Assembly: GCA_002104905.1 (NCBI GenBank) | Contig: MCFE01000197.1 | Location: forward strand, 70,374-134,373 | Source of the DNA: Basidiobolus meristosporus CBS 931.73 | Lineage: Eukaryota; Fungi; Basidiobolomycota | Direction of reading: 5' to 3' | DNA: 64,000 nt | Shown: in pieces, positions 1 to 11,450 of the stretch | How the letters are laid out: the number at the start of each line of letters is the position of its first letter | Position numbering within the stretch: position 1 is the first letter of the stretch | Translations under genes and position numbers: made by a program | The notes under the pieces: model-generated | What the model saw: only the letters and a program-made list of their open reading frames with translations | What the model was told of the DNA's origin: nothing | Databases searched by the model: none

Positions 1-1190
1 GAGGGCCAAGCCATTCCTAATGAGGTGGATGAAGATATCAAGAAGTTAATCTGGGATGAAGCCAGCAAATTTGTAGTACAGGATGAAACACTCTACCAAT
101 TTGATGATGAAAGCCTTATTGCCTATTACCCTTATGCTTCACACCTGGATTTAATTCATAAGCTACACAATGGATAAAGACATCCTGGAATTGAAGGAAC
201 CTATGGCCTTGTGAAAGTCAGAGCATGGTGGCCCAGAATGAAACATGACATTGAGAAGCTAGTTAAAGCATGCCCAAATTGCCAAATCAACCAAGGCCAA
301 CCACAGAGAATTGCTGAACTCTTTCCCTTGGAGCCTGTAAGACCGTTTGAAAGATGGGGAATTGATTTTATTGGAAGACTGGCAACTACCAGAAAATGCA
401 ACTGTTGAATCCTAGTAGCAATTGACCATGCCACTAAATAGCCAGTGGCTAAAGCTGTACCTATAGCCAGTGAACAAGAAATTGCAAGCTTCATCTACCA
501 TGAGATCCTTATGAAGTTTGGATGCCCTGTAGAGACTCTATCCAATAGAGGTGCAAACTTTATGGCAAAGACATTGGAAGCTTACCTGGAAATGCAGTAG
601 ATCAAACACTTGAAAGCCTTGACATATCACCCCAGAACTAATGGAGTCACTGAATGGTTTAGTGGATTATTTGGAAAAATGCTGACCAAGAATGCAAATG
701 GAGTTGTTAGTAGATGGGACAAGTATATAGACCAAGCACTCTTTGCATGCAGAGTCAGAGTACACAACACCACCCAGCAATTGCCACTTTACTTAGTGTA
801 TGGATGTGAACCAAGGATTCCAGGAGATCTCACACAACCAAAGCTTACAGACACCTTAGATGATGAAGATGAACTCAGTCAGCCAAGTAGACACCAGCAA
901 CTGGAACATATATGTCAAGAGGCACAGACCAAGGTATCTCAAAGTGCAGAAATGATGAAGCAGAGATTTGATAAGACTATAGCACCAGAAGCATGGACAG
1001 TTGGGAACTTGGTATTGCTAAGAAACAACACTTGGAAGAAGTTTGAGCTACAATGGACAGGACCATTCAAAATCACCAGAGAATGTCCATTTGCAACTTA
1101 CCAACTAGTGGACAAACAAGGCAACATCCAGGAAGACTTAGTGCATAGGGACAGACTCAAGCTTGCAAGACTTGCTGATAATACTGAACC
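1..1190 (+). pseudogene. Gypsy integrase pseudogene (ORF pieces 211-408 and 610-1206)
   Basis: Integrase motifs with in-frame stops. The C-terminus is cut at 1190 by the solo LTR-A insertion, so the last ORF residues (VMIT) come from the LTR. Confidence 0.88.
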
Positions 1191-1717
1191 TGTCATGATC
1201 ACATGACAACCATGAACACCCATGCCAAGTTTCAGCTTCCTAGCTCAACTTCTAAGAGATTCCTACTGGAACCTTCTACCACCTTCCAGAAAGTTCCTGA
1301 CCATTCCAAACCATTGTTACACAATGGAACATTCCATGGAAGCCTCCCATTGTATTTTCATAGTCCAGTACCATATATGGAAATACCAGGTCACATGAAT
1401 TAGTCACATGATCAGGTGACCCAATAAATTTCCCCATCCTGTCTCAGTGCCTTGCCTTCTATATTATTATCCCCAGCACTGCTGCTGTGCCTCACCCCAC
1501 AACCCTATTAGTATTAGCTAATATCTCTCAGCATCAGTATAGCCAAAAAGTATATAAAGTCCTATCCCCCTTAAGTATTCCTCAGTCTGATAAACACAGG
1601 TCTTGAGTAAACATCCTTGCCTTGGAAATCCGCCTTGCCTTGTTGATCCACACCTAAGTCCTTTTCTGGTCCTGCCTTGCCTAGCCCTACTCTCCTACCT
1701 TGTGTCTATTCACAACA
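1191..1717 (+). repeat. Solo LTR, family A (527 bp), 5-bp TSD GAACC
   Basis: TG...CA ends (TGTCATG...CACAACA), GAACC at 1186-1190 and 1718-1722, flanks rejoin into the G1 integrase tail, and a related copy lies at 5009-5370 (minus). Confidence 0.88.
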
Positions 1718-2052
1718 GAACCATCAAGATATGTTGTGTTGTATTATGATTAGTTTGGGGCTTGTTCTACAATGTAGAGGCTAATCAACAATATACAACA
1801 ACTTCCAGTATGCTAATACTGAAATAGTTTATTGGGAGTTTGATATACCAATAGAAGATATAACTTTCACTAATTTCCTCAATCTTAGGCTCAAAATATA
1901 CTGTAGGCAGTGTTTATCACTTCTACAGCAGTGTTCTGACCTTCTGTTGACTAATGGGCTTATTTACGTTTATAGTAACTTTTCCTTATATGGAAGTCAC
2001 TTTCCTTTCTGAGAAAATATTTCCTAATATGGAAATTCTGAACTCCCCTTTA

Positions 2053-2298
2053 ACCTAAAGGGGTGTGTTGTAGAAGTCTCTAAAGGGGTCTTTAGACCTA
2101 AAGGGGTGTCTAAAGGGGTGTCTTTAGAGTAAAGGGGCTTCTTGTAGTGGTCTCTAAAGTGGACTTTACACTAAAGGGGTGCCTAAAGGGGCTTCTTTAG
2201 AGTAAAGGGGTTTCTTAAAGGGGTCTCTAAAGGGGTCTTTAGACTAAAGGGGTGTCTAAAGGGGTGTCTTTAGAGTAAAGGGGTTTCTTAGAGGGGAC
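2053..2298 (+). repeat. TAAAGGGG-based tandem array inside LTR-B
   Basis: About 13 exact TAAAGGGG units plus 2 variants with short spacers. The same array is at about 47920-48150 with one 12-bp unit missing. Confidence 0.9.
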
Positions 2299-2529
2299 TT
2301 TTCCGACAGAAAAGTGGTAGTTTCTTGTAGAACTTAGATTGGATTCTTGTGAGCTTTGCAGTCTCTTTACTGATGTAGTACTGATCAAAGTCAGAATACT
2401 CAACAGTGCAAGTGATGCAGGGGAAGTCTTATAACCTTTAAACTTGTAATTGTAGTGTGGAGATTCTGGAAAGAGAGGCTCTCCCTTTATTTTTCAGCTG
2501 GGGAAGTCATATATATGAAAATTCTGAAG

Positions 2530-2720
2530 GATCAACGTTTTTGGGCGATTGCGCAAGCAATACACGTGATACGAAGCTAAAATTTTGCAGTGGCGCAGAT
2601 CGGACATAGGCGCAACACCTGTGAAAATTTCACGTGATTTGATTGGCTGGTTCAAAAGTTACACAAGATCAAAGTCACCATAGTAATCCTAGCAATAAGG
2701 CATAGTATATATAATAGTTG
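2530..2720 (+). promoter_or_regulatory. Putative LTR-B promoter (CpG-retaining; E-boxes, CCAAT box, TATA)
   Basis: CACGTG at about 2564 and 2632, ATTGG at about 2642, TATATATAA at about 2706, and a downstream AATAAA at about 2909. Function is inferred from motif order only. Confidence 0.4.
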
Positions 2721-3034
2721 GACTCTTTTGGTCATAACTCCTTAAGTACTGCTTCAAATGAGCTGTAATTTGAAACATGTGCTGGCTACTACGTGTTCTG
2801 TATGACATAATATTCTTGGGTGGATTGCTTGTCAGGGTCTGGAGCATTTGTTCATCAAAGTTGGAAATTCTTGATCTTTCACTTGTGTGTTACGATAGCA
2901 AAAAGCAAAATAAAGAAATGAGTGCAATATTGGTTTAGAGATATTGTAGTAATGGAATACTTTCCATTACCACAGATATTGGTATCACAAGAAAAGAGAT
3001 TCAGGAGAACCCTCTCAACTTTAACAGGGGAGAA

Positions 3035-3145
3035 TGATACAATCTGCTGCTTGAATGTTTAACTTAGATCAGTTCAAGTTTTGGTGAATACAATACTAGC
3101 CAAACTCCCTATTCCACTACAACTCTTTTACCAAGACTTTTAACA
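3035..3145 (+). repeat. G1 3' LTR with internal deletion
   Basis: Start and end match the full G1 LTRs (24875-25238, 28799-29143, 44429-44797). About 250 bp of the middle is missing, joined at the ATCAGTT microhomology. Confidence 0.8.
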
Positions 3146-5008
3146 CCACAACCTTTTGCTGTTCCTATAGTTGCCCCATAACTCCACTGCAGGCATTGCA
3201 ATAGAACTTATGGTTCTTGATGCTGTGGCTTTATCTATCAGTTAGATCTCAGCTTGGTCAGCAATGGAGGATGTGCAGACTGTGGTAGTTGGGTTGCCTT
3301 TCTTTGCAAGCTCATATACCTCATAGCAGTGTAGCTCAACTGCCTGTGCTTCCAACTCTTGAGAAAGCGGCTTTTATCTTGCTGGCAGATCTTCTTAGCT
3401 ATGATGGGACTCAGCTAGTTCTGGGCTTAGGGCATTAATTTGCAAGAGCAGCCGCTTACTAAGCATGCTAATATGTTCTTGAGATCTGCCATAATCTATA
3501 GCATTGCTCAAACCAACTCAATGCATAAAAGCTGCATATGCATCAAGTTGGCATAGGTAATCCACTTCAGAATAGATATTTGTACAATGTCAGCATATGG
3601 CTCCCAATGCTTCCAATGTACTAAGATGGAAATTGCCTCAGAAGGCCACTTGAATAAATACATATTTAGGACATGCAGTTCTTTCAGTTGTATTGTTACA
3701 TATGCATATAAGTATTGATTGGAGCTTGTGAGAAACACTTTGTATATTGGCTTCTCTGTAATATCTTGCTAATCCTTTAAATTTCTCCAGTATCTCAAAG
3801 TGCTCATTTAGCTTGAAATGTGCCAAACACAGCTTGGTCAGTGACATAGGAATATTGTTGAAGAGCAGATATATTGCAAACAGTGGACAGATTTTGCTCC
3901 AACAGATTGGCACAATATTGACAATCTTCAATTTTTGATTAATTTACATTCTAGCCAATGACTTTCAACTTGACAGCTCTGCTACAATTGACTATTAGCG
4001 TCTATATGTTTTCTTGGTGGGAAGAAGATGTACTTGATGTTGGTGTTTAGACAATAGCAATGTGTGTGAGTTTTGGGGAAAATCCCCTAGATCTCACATA
4101 TTTGCCAGCTATACTGCCAGTTGTGCCTAGAAGAGCCAGCTATATAGCTGATGCTGGGGTACCTCAGATGTGGAGCATAATATGAGCTTTAACATGATGG
4201 TCATATACTAGTGTCCTGCTGGATAGTATGCAAAACTCATCCAGCAATGAATACAGGTTGCTATCAAGGCTCAAGGGAGATTTAGGCCCATATTTCAGGT
4301 AGTCTGCCATCAGATTTCTGCTTTGATACTATAATACTGGTGACAAATTCATGTAAATGCAAATCAGTAGACAGCTAGATTTGCTGGCAGAGTACATGTT
4401 CAGTCAGAATCCATCAAGTGACAAGGAAAAGGTATAGTCATATATGCCATTAAAGTAGCCCTTGCTTCTTAGTTGTTTGTAATTCTTGCCATCATATATG
4501 TTGGAAATGTTTGTGCTTGATTGATACCAAGTGTAGAACTCTATTGCTTCACAATATTTGTGAGAGTGCATGAGCTTCTTGTGATGTGGTAATTCTGGAA
4601 TATATCTGGAGTGTGAACAATACTTTCATCCTATGGTGGTGAGTCCTTGACAAGTTGGATACCTTGCAATAGTAGCATTTACCAATGTGAATGCCATACA
4701 ACTATTAAAGTATGCTGGTATAAGGACAATCTCTGGGTCATATGTCACCAGCTGCATGATGGCTTTCCATTTGTACTAAGTACATGGTAAGTTGAATCCT
4801 GGAATGATTATGACAAGAAGTAGCAGCAGATTCTCAAAGTCTCCATTACCAATATTGGGGAAAGTAAGCCACTTCTCTGGCCACAACTTTGCATCATTCA
4901 ACAGTAAATAAATTACTATGATCACTTGGCTCCATAAGGCATCCATGGCACTTTATTCCAAGGGTGTTGTCTCACTACACATCAAGATTTTGCCAGGCTC
5001 ATTCTGGG
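3146..5008 (-). mobile_element. CMC-1 DNA transposon fragments (ORF2 3' part about 3146-3450, then degenerate transposase)
   Basis: 3150-3450 is the reverse complement of 54620-54900. 3450-5008 aligns with the transposase copies at 20430-22628 and 56470-57590. Confidence 0.8.
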
Positions 5009-5370
5009 TGTTATGAGTAGACACAAGGCAGGACAAGGAAAGGACTTAGGTGCAAATCCACAAGGCAAGGCTGTTTATTCAAGACCAAGCTTATCAGACT
5101 ATGGAATTCATAAGGGGGGAAAGCACTATATACCCTTCTTGGGAACATGGATGCCAAGATATATTTGCTGATAGTGATGGGGTTCTGGGGTATGATGCAG
5201 CAAGTGGGTCAACATAAAAATATTGTAAAGTGCAGACTCTAATGTCGCATGGGATAAGCAAAAGGTCAGCTGATCATGCAACTAGGTCATGTTACATAGG
5301 ATCATCATATATGGCATCAAAATACATAAATTCCAATGAGAAGCTTCCATAGAATGATCTATTGTACATC
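5009..5370 (-). repeat. Truncated, diverged LTR of family A
   Basis: Reverse complement resembles 1320-1717 and ends in ...CATAACA. Confidence 0.7.
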
Positions 5371-5374
5371 AATA

Positions 5375-6770
5375 TCTAAGCACACAAGTAATCTTAGAAC
5401 CTAGGACAGTAATAGCTCTCAAAAATCTAAGGACACTCCATAGCATATCAGAGTGCATATCATTTCTTGGAATAGTATCCTACTCTTGCAGACTTTTCAG
5501 ATATTTTGCCAGTATTGCAGCCCCTTTGACTGATATCCTTAACAAAGACAACACCTTGAAGTAGGACAGAGCTTTTGAGACTGCCTTGTGCACACTTAAG
5601 AATATACTTGCCAATTGGCCAAGCTCAAGAATATCTAACCTCAGGAAGGAGCTTACTCTCTGTGCAAGTGAATCATATTATGTAACTTGTGGAGTACTGA
5701 GTCCACACCATCAAAGAAAGAAGCACACATAGCTTTGAGTTCAAAAATCTAAATGTAGTGGAACAAGACTACCCAGTGCATGAAGGGGTGATGCTTGCCA
5801 TAACATACTGCTTAAAGACATTAGATACTGCATTCAGGGAATCAAGCATAACAAGAAAACTAATAATGCATTGCTCAAGTGCTTTTTACTCAGAAGGTAC
5901 TGCACAGAAGAATGAAAACTTGAAGTGAATAAATATAGCAATTTGACTTAAAGATTATCTTCTGCCCTGAGAAAAACAATACAGTTGCTGATGTGCTATC
6001 AAGACTAGGACAAGTTGCACCACTCAGCTTGGTGTATGATTTACATTGATCCAGCTTATTATCAAGGTACTTGGAGGACAAAGCCATTGCTAGTCAGGTG
6101 GATGATGATATTAAGAGGATAATCTTGGATGGATTTAGCAACGTTATAGTACAGAATGAAACACTCTGACAGCTTGTTGACAGAGACTGTATTGGATATT
6201 GCCCTAAGGCTGCTTGCCTGGACCTTGTACATTAGCTACACCATGAACTTGGACATCTTAGAATTGAAGGAACCTATAGCCTAGTGAAAGCCAGAGCACT
6301 GTGGTCCAGAATGAAACAAGAAATTGAGAACCCAGTGCAGACTGGCCAAAGTTGCCAGATCAAACAAGACCAAGCACAGTGAACTGCTGAACTCTCTCCC
6401 TCAAAGCATATCACACCATATGAGAGATGGGGAGTTGACTGTATTGGAAGACTGATAGCCTGTAGGATATGCAACTAGTGGATCCTAGTAGCAATGGACC
6501 ATGCTACCAAATGGCCAGTTACCAAAGTGTACAAGTAGCCAGTCAACAAGTAGCTACAAGTTGAAAAATCTAGTATACTACTCCAGAGCCCGTAGAGTAC
6601 TACAAGGCTAATAAATTGCCAGGAAAATGCCAACCAAGTATGCACACAAAGCTATTAGTAGATGAGATGAGTGTATAACCCAGCATTATATGCCTGCAGA
6701 GTCAGAGTGTAAACATTATTTAACAATAGCCATTTTACTCAGTGTATGGATGTGAATTAAGGATCTCAGG
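5375..6770 (+). pseudogene. Highly degenerate G1 Gypsy pol fragment (RT end, RNase H, integrase)
   Basis: Aligns with 26980-28330 and 1-800. Residual motifs SFLG, ADVLSR and WGVD. Confidence 0.8.
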
Positions 6771-7292
6771 AGCACCCACAATGCCAAAAACCTCAGCTGG
6801 CATTATAATGGCTTGATGGCAGCTTGGATTTAGTTCTGAGCATTACCACTGAGCTAATATACTAAATGGCATTCCCACTTGATGCCCCCTGGCACCATAC
6901 ATATATTCCACTAAAAAGTCACCCATCTCAATTTGCTTACCCACCACTACCATGCATATGCCTCATATGACTCAAATCAAAAAAATTTGGCTTTTGGCAT
7001 TCTAGCCTTGACATACACATACACCTGCTGCAATTGATGCACTTAAAATACCTCATCTTTACAGATATTCAGTGAGATACTTGCAGAGTTGCCATATATC
7101 TTGTATTGCTGGTAACATATGTATCTTGCAAGCATATGGTTGGTTGCTACCACTTTTACTATAAATACTTCCTGAATGTCAACAAGAACCTTTTGGTACT
7201 TGGCCAACATATTCCTTGTCCCTGATTGTTTCTAACACCCCTTGTGGGTGCGCTCTGGGTCTTGCCTGTGTGCTTTTTGTATTAAAGGTAAT

Positions 7293-8026
7293 AGACTTGT
7301 TCCGTTGGATAGTGCCACATTGAGCCATGAGTGCCAAATGATGCCATAGTGTGCCAGAGAGGTCAAGTGAGCCTATACTTGACCACAGAGTGCAAAACAT
7401 AGCTCCGCATCTTCATGCAAAGCAGCCCCTGTGTTTCACCCATTGCGCAGAAGAAAATCCATTTTTTGACCTTTTTTTGTGGATCAATGTAGCTCAGGAT
7501 TTGCAAGAGCATATGAGAACTGAAGATATGCATCTGGTACCCTATACCCATGGCACTCTGAATCTAGCTCCTGTAGCTTGTATCATGTCACAAAAATGAA
7601 TGGCACTATCTTGGTCCACTGGTACTATCTGGCACTATATTTAAATATTAGCCCTAAAGTAAGATCTATAAAAAGCACTTATAGTGCCAGATAGTACCAG
7701 TGGACCAAGATAGTGCCATTCATTTCTGTGACATGATACAAGCTACAGGAGCTAGATTCAGAGTGCCATGGGTATTGAGTACCAGATGCATATCTTCAAT
7801 CTGCTTGTGCTCTAACACATCCTGCACAACATTGATCCAAAAAAAAAGGTCAAAAAATGGATTTTATCCAACACAATGGGTGAAACACAGGGGCTGCTTT
7901 GCATGAAGATGCGGCGCTATGTTTCACACTCTGTGGCCAGGTAGAGGCTCATTTGGCCTCTCTGGCACACTATGGCATCATTTGGCACTCATGGCTCAAT
8001 GTGGCACTATCCAATGGAACAAGTCT
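7293..8026. mobile_element. Foldback (FB) non-autonomous DNA transposon, 734 bp, 3-bp TSD AAT
   Basis: Inverted arms 7293-7639 and 7680-8026 (347 bp each, about 30 mismatches), 40-bp spacer, termini AGACTTGTTC...GAACAAGTCT, AAT at 7290-7292 and 8027-8029. Confidence 0.92.
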
Positions 8027-8389
8027 AATATTCTTGATGAGACTGAGATATGATAGTACCTGCAACTTGACTTGTCTTCTTAAATCCCCACACATCCACT
8101 CCATAGAAAACTCCCAAAAGGGGAAGCAGGGCCTAATATTCTCTGCACACCAAGCAAGATGGAGTAGTGTATGCATGCAGCAGTGACAGAGATATATGTT
8201 AAGCCTTGTGCCTGTAGTGCATCTGCTCTCATCCCTCCATATACTTGTGCTCAAAAGCTGTACATATGTCATGTTGACATTGGTCCACTTCTATATAACT
8301 ATTCCTGAGATGTCAACATATGACTCCTAATGCTTCTAATGTACTTTTGGTGGAGATTGCTTCAGAAGGCCACCTGCACAAATATGTAT

Positions 8390-8795
8390 CTAGTTTACTG
8401 ATTCTTGCATTTTATTATTTCATATGACAAGATTGTAGATTGGAGCTGGTGGGTATTTTAAGAGTATTGGAGATATTGGAAGTGATTTGGGAGGACATGT
8501 AGATTATGTGGTTTTCACTTAATGATTTACTGAATGTAACAGTAGTAATTACACCTTCACATGGTCTTGGCTTATCAATCATGTAGAATAGGTTAAGGAA
8601 GGTCCCAAGTACATGTGTACAAAGTATGGGGCTGTTTGGACAACTTTGAGAATTTTCATGTTCTGGGTACCTGGTATTTTGATGAATATATTCTAAGTAA
8701 GCCCTAACCAAGGTATTTAGGCAGTATTCTCTAAGATTTGAAGGTATTAATCTAAGTGACTAAGTTAGGTGATATTTAGGTGGAATTACAAATTT
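8390..8795. repeat. Unclassified dispersed repeat N
   Basis: Related segments at about 9517-9850, 61190-61235 and 62540-62760 (shared GATATTGGAAGTGATTGGGAG...ACATGTGTGCAAAGTTTGGGGCTGTTT). No termini identified. Confidence 0.6.
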
Positions 8796-9332
8796 TTACA
8801 ACAGTGAGAAATACTTTGAATAGCAGGTTCTCTGTAGCCTGTTGCCAGTTCTTTCAGATTTTCATGGTGTCTTGAAGGGCTCATCAAGCTTGCAATGCCC
8901 CATTTGCAACTTGGTTAGCAGTATAGAGTTGTTGATGAAGAATAAGCTCACTGCTTGACTGAAAACTTTTGCTATAATACATTCCCTCTATCTGAGGTAT
9001 CTGTGGTTTTCAATTGGTCCCATACTTGGACCTATGGCTGGTAGCATGTAGACTTTACTGCAATTTTATACTTACTTCTACATATTCTCATTATGTAAAG
9101 ACAATGTTTTAGTATTGGTGTCTAGATAGCAACAATGTGTGTGAATTATGGAAGAATTCCTTAGATCTCAGACATTCAGCATCATTACTGTCCATTGTGC
9201 CTAGAAAAGCTGATTATATTGCTGATGGCAAGGGTACTTACCAATACTACTAAAAATATGAACTCTGATAGGATGGCAACTTGTAGTATCCAACTGAAAG
9301 CATAATTGACTTATTCCATCATTCCAGCTGAT

Positions 9333-9516
9333 CATAGTGCCAAATAGTGCCATAGCATGCCAGATGGTGCCTGAACATGCCACAGAGTGCCAGATGGTGC
9401 CATACAGTGTTAATTTGGGATCAAAATTGACATGCATATGACCCTAAAATATTAAATTAATAACAAAATATACAGCACTCTCTGGTGGATGATCAATGGC
9501 ACTATGGAACAAGTCT
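9333..9516. repeat. FB-related element end with a 10-bp tandem array
   Basis: About 7 degenerate copies of ATAGTGCCAG at 9333-9402. The segment ends in the FB terminus GGAACAAGTCT at 9516. Confidence 0.6.
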
Positions 9517-9879
9517 GATATATTCTGCTGAAATATTAGAGAGATATATTGGAAGTGAATTGGAGAATTAGAAGATTTACATGATATTCACTTGATGTTT
9601 TATTGAGTTGCAACACAGTATTTATACTTATTGCAGAACTATGTAAATGCAACTATTTGGTCATTATTAGGGGAGTCTCAGGAGTACATGTGCCAAGTTT
9701 TGGCTCATTTGGACAAGTTTCAGATTTTCCTAAAATTCTGTACTTCTCTAATTCCTAATAATTAGTAAATATCTTACAAACTAATTTTCATGTTGATAAT
9801 CTGAAATATATCATTTCACTAAGTGCTAGTTCATAATATATTAATAATTAGGTGGACTCCTAATTATTTCAACATATTC

Positions 9880-10515
9880 ATCCAGCAATGGAAACAGTAA
9901 GTTAAGCCTACATAGCAGTAAGACTTCTGTTAGAGCTCAGTGCTAATATTACATGACTGGCAGAAGATTCATGCTGGCTCTGAGCCATGGCAATCAGTCC
10001 ATATTGCTGCTGGCTGAGAATCTGGAGTAACTGCTGCTGTTGGGCCAGGAGTAACTGCATGGCATTCCTCAATTCTTGATTTTCCAGCATCCTGAGGAGG
10101 GCTTATTTTTTCTTCAGGATGGAGGTTTCTAATTTTTACTGTTTCCAATGCTACAAGTATTGTTATTGGAGTTGTAGTGGAATTAGGACTTACCTAGTCT
10201 TGAATTCACTAAAACTTGAGCTGATTTTTTGTAGAGGTTCAAGTGGCACCTCATATACATTTTGCTAGATCAATTGCGGAATGATTTTATTCCCTGATGC
10301 AGGTTGAGGCTGTTAATTCATTTGATCACATCATCATCACCCAAAGAAGTCTTTTTAACAATCCTTTTTTTGGTGTGATAAGGCTCCACTGATGCTTGTG
10401 CTTACTAGTACTGCTGATAAGATAGAAATATTGATATAGTAATAGACTAAGTCTATGATTAAATGATTGGACTAAAAAATGATTGAACTTCACCATTCAA
10501 CAGCATATTATAAAA
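9880..10515 (-). mobile_element. G1 Gypsy 5' LTR (10149-10515) plus start of gag, truncated
   Basis: The LTR matches 44429-44797. The adjacent Q-rich ORF (9908-10090) resembles the G1 gag start at 25260-25350. Confidence 0.7.
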
Positions 10516-10699
10516 CTTTACAATGTATAGCCAGGCAACTTTGCCAAGTCTTGTCCTAATAAGAAGTCCAGCTTCAAGCTCCTGCTATCATCCAGTGAAG
10601 AGTCTTTTCCTGAGGTGTTGTGAAACTACAAAGTCCAGTCACAATAATAGGCTTCCAACTAGACCATCCAATGGGAATTCAACAAACATAAGAGACATC

Positions 10700-11450
10700 A
10701 TATGCAATCATATCCATCCAGTCCTTAGGAATGCCTGTGAGCATCTACATCCCTCAATTAAGCCCTGTCCATGTCTTTGCCCTCAAAAGCTCCGGTACTC
10801 CCTCCTGTTTCATTGACCAGTCCTTGTTCCAGAAGCATAAAATCTCAACTATCATGGAATCATACCCTGTTCACGTAGAACTTATTGATAGAAGTTCCCT
10901 CTCCTCTAGAGCTGTAACTCTTAAGATATGTATAAACTAGCTGATCATTTCCAGTCACCATAAGACACTAGCCTTCAGCCTCATCAACTCTCCCCACTAC
11001 TCCATAGCCCTTGGAAACTTCTGGCAGAGATACTATATCCAGCTATCAACCGGAAGACCAAAACCCACACATTCTCCTGAGCTTATTATGTCAATACTGT
11101 GAAAGCACCTGACTCTTTGGGTAAAAGACTTGTTCTGTAGGATAATGCCACATAGTACAGCCTATTTATAGTACCAGATTGATCTGGCACTCTAATTTCT
11201 ACCAAAATGGCTGTGGTTGGATACAGCCACTGGTATTTTTACTCAATCTGAATTATGTTGCTCAGAAAAGTGCTTTTCTTACTTCATTTAGTATTCATAA
11301 TTCTCCAGACACATCACTCTCATTGGATGTCATCTTGTGTGAATATACTGTGCAGTGGTAAGTATCTTAACTATTTTACCTATTCTGCTGTTCACTCCTA
11401 TATATGACTTTCCTCTGTATTAACCTGGCAATATGCTGAATATCTTTAGT
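10700..11450 (+). pseudogene. Very degenerate Ty3/Gypsy protease and integrase remnants (family distinct from G1 and G2)
   Basis: ORF 10731-10940 reads ALKSSGTPSCFIDQS...PVHVELID, a decayed LIDSGAxxxFID retropepsin motif. FSIHNSPDTSLS resembles the FAYNNS..ST..SPF integrase segment. Confidence 0.5.

Larger units (their letters stand above)
1732..2974 (+). repeat. Solo LTR, family B (1243 bp), 4-bp TSD GATA
   Basis: TGTTGTG...TTACCACA ends, GATA at 1728-1731 and 2975-2978, and a near-identical copy at 47600-48828. Orientation inferred from the order E-box, CCAAT, TATA, AATAAA. Confidence 0.9.
1..3145 (+). mobile_element. Ty3/Gypsy family G1, 3' part (integrase, PPT, internally deleted 3' LTR), interrupted by solo LTRs A and B
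   Basis: HHCC finger (LHNG*RHPG...CPNC), rve core (WGIDFIG, YHPRTNG) and GPY/F motif (WTGPF). The tail at 2975-3034 matches the G1 copies at 28737-28798 and 44798-44850 (minus). PPT AACAGGGGAGAA precedes an LTR at 3035-3145. Confidence 0.9.
6790..9260 (-). mobile_element. CMC-1 transposase fragments interrupted by the FB element and repeat N
   Basis: 6790-7292, 8027-8390 and 8795-9260 align with 19700-21450. The flanks of FB rejoin as AAGGTAATATTCTTGATG (compare 20575-20592). Confidence 0.75.

Noticed and set aside
7293-8026. FB or the short TAGTGCCA repeats as a CRISPR array or structured ncRNA gene
   Set aside because: There are no regular repeat-spacer units and no cas genes, the context is eukaryotic, and the TSDs show it is a mobile element.
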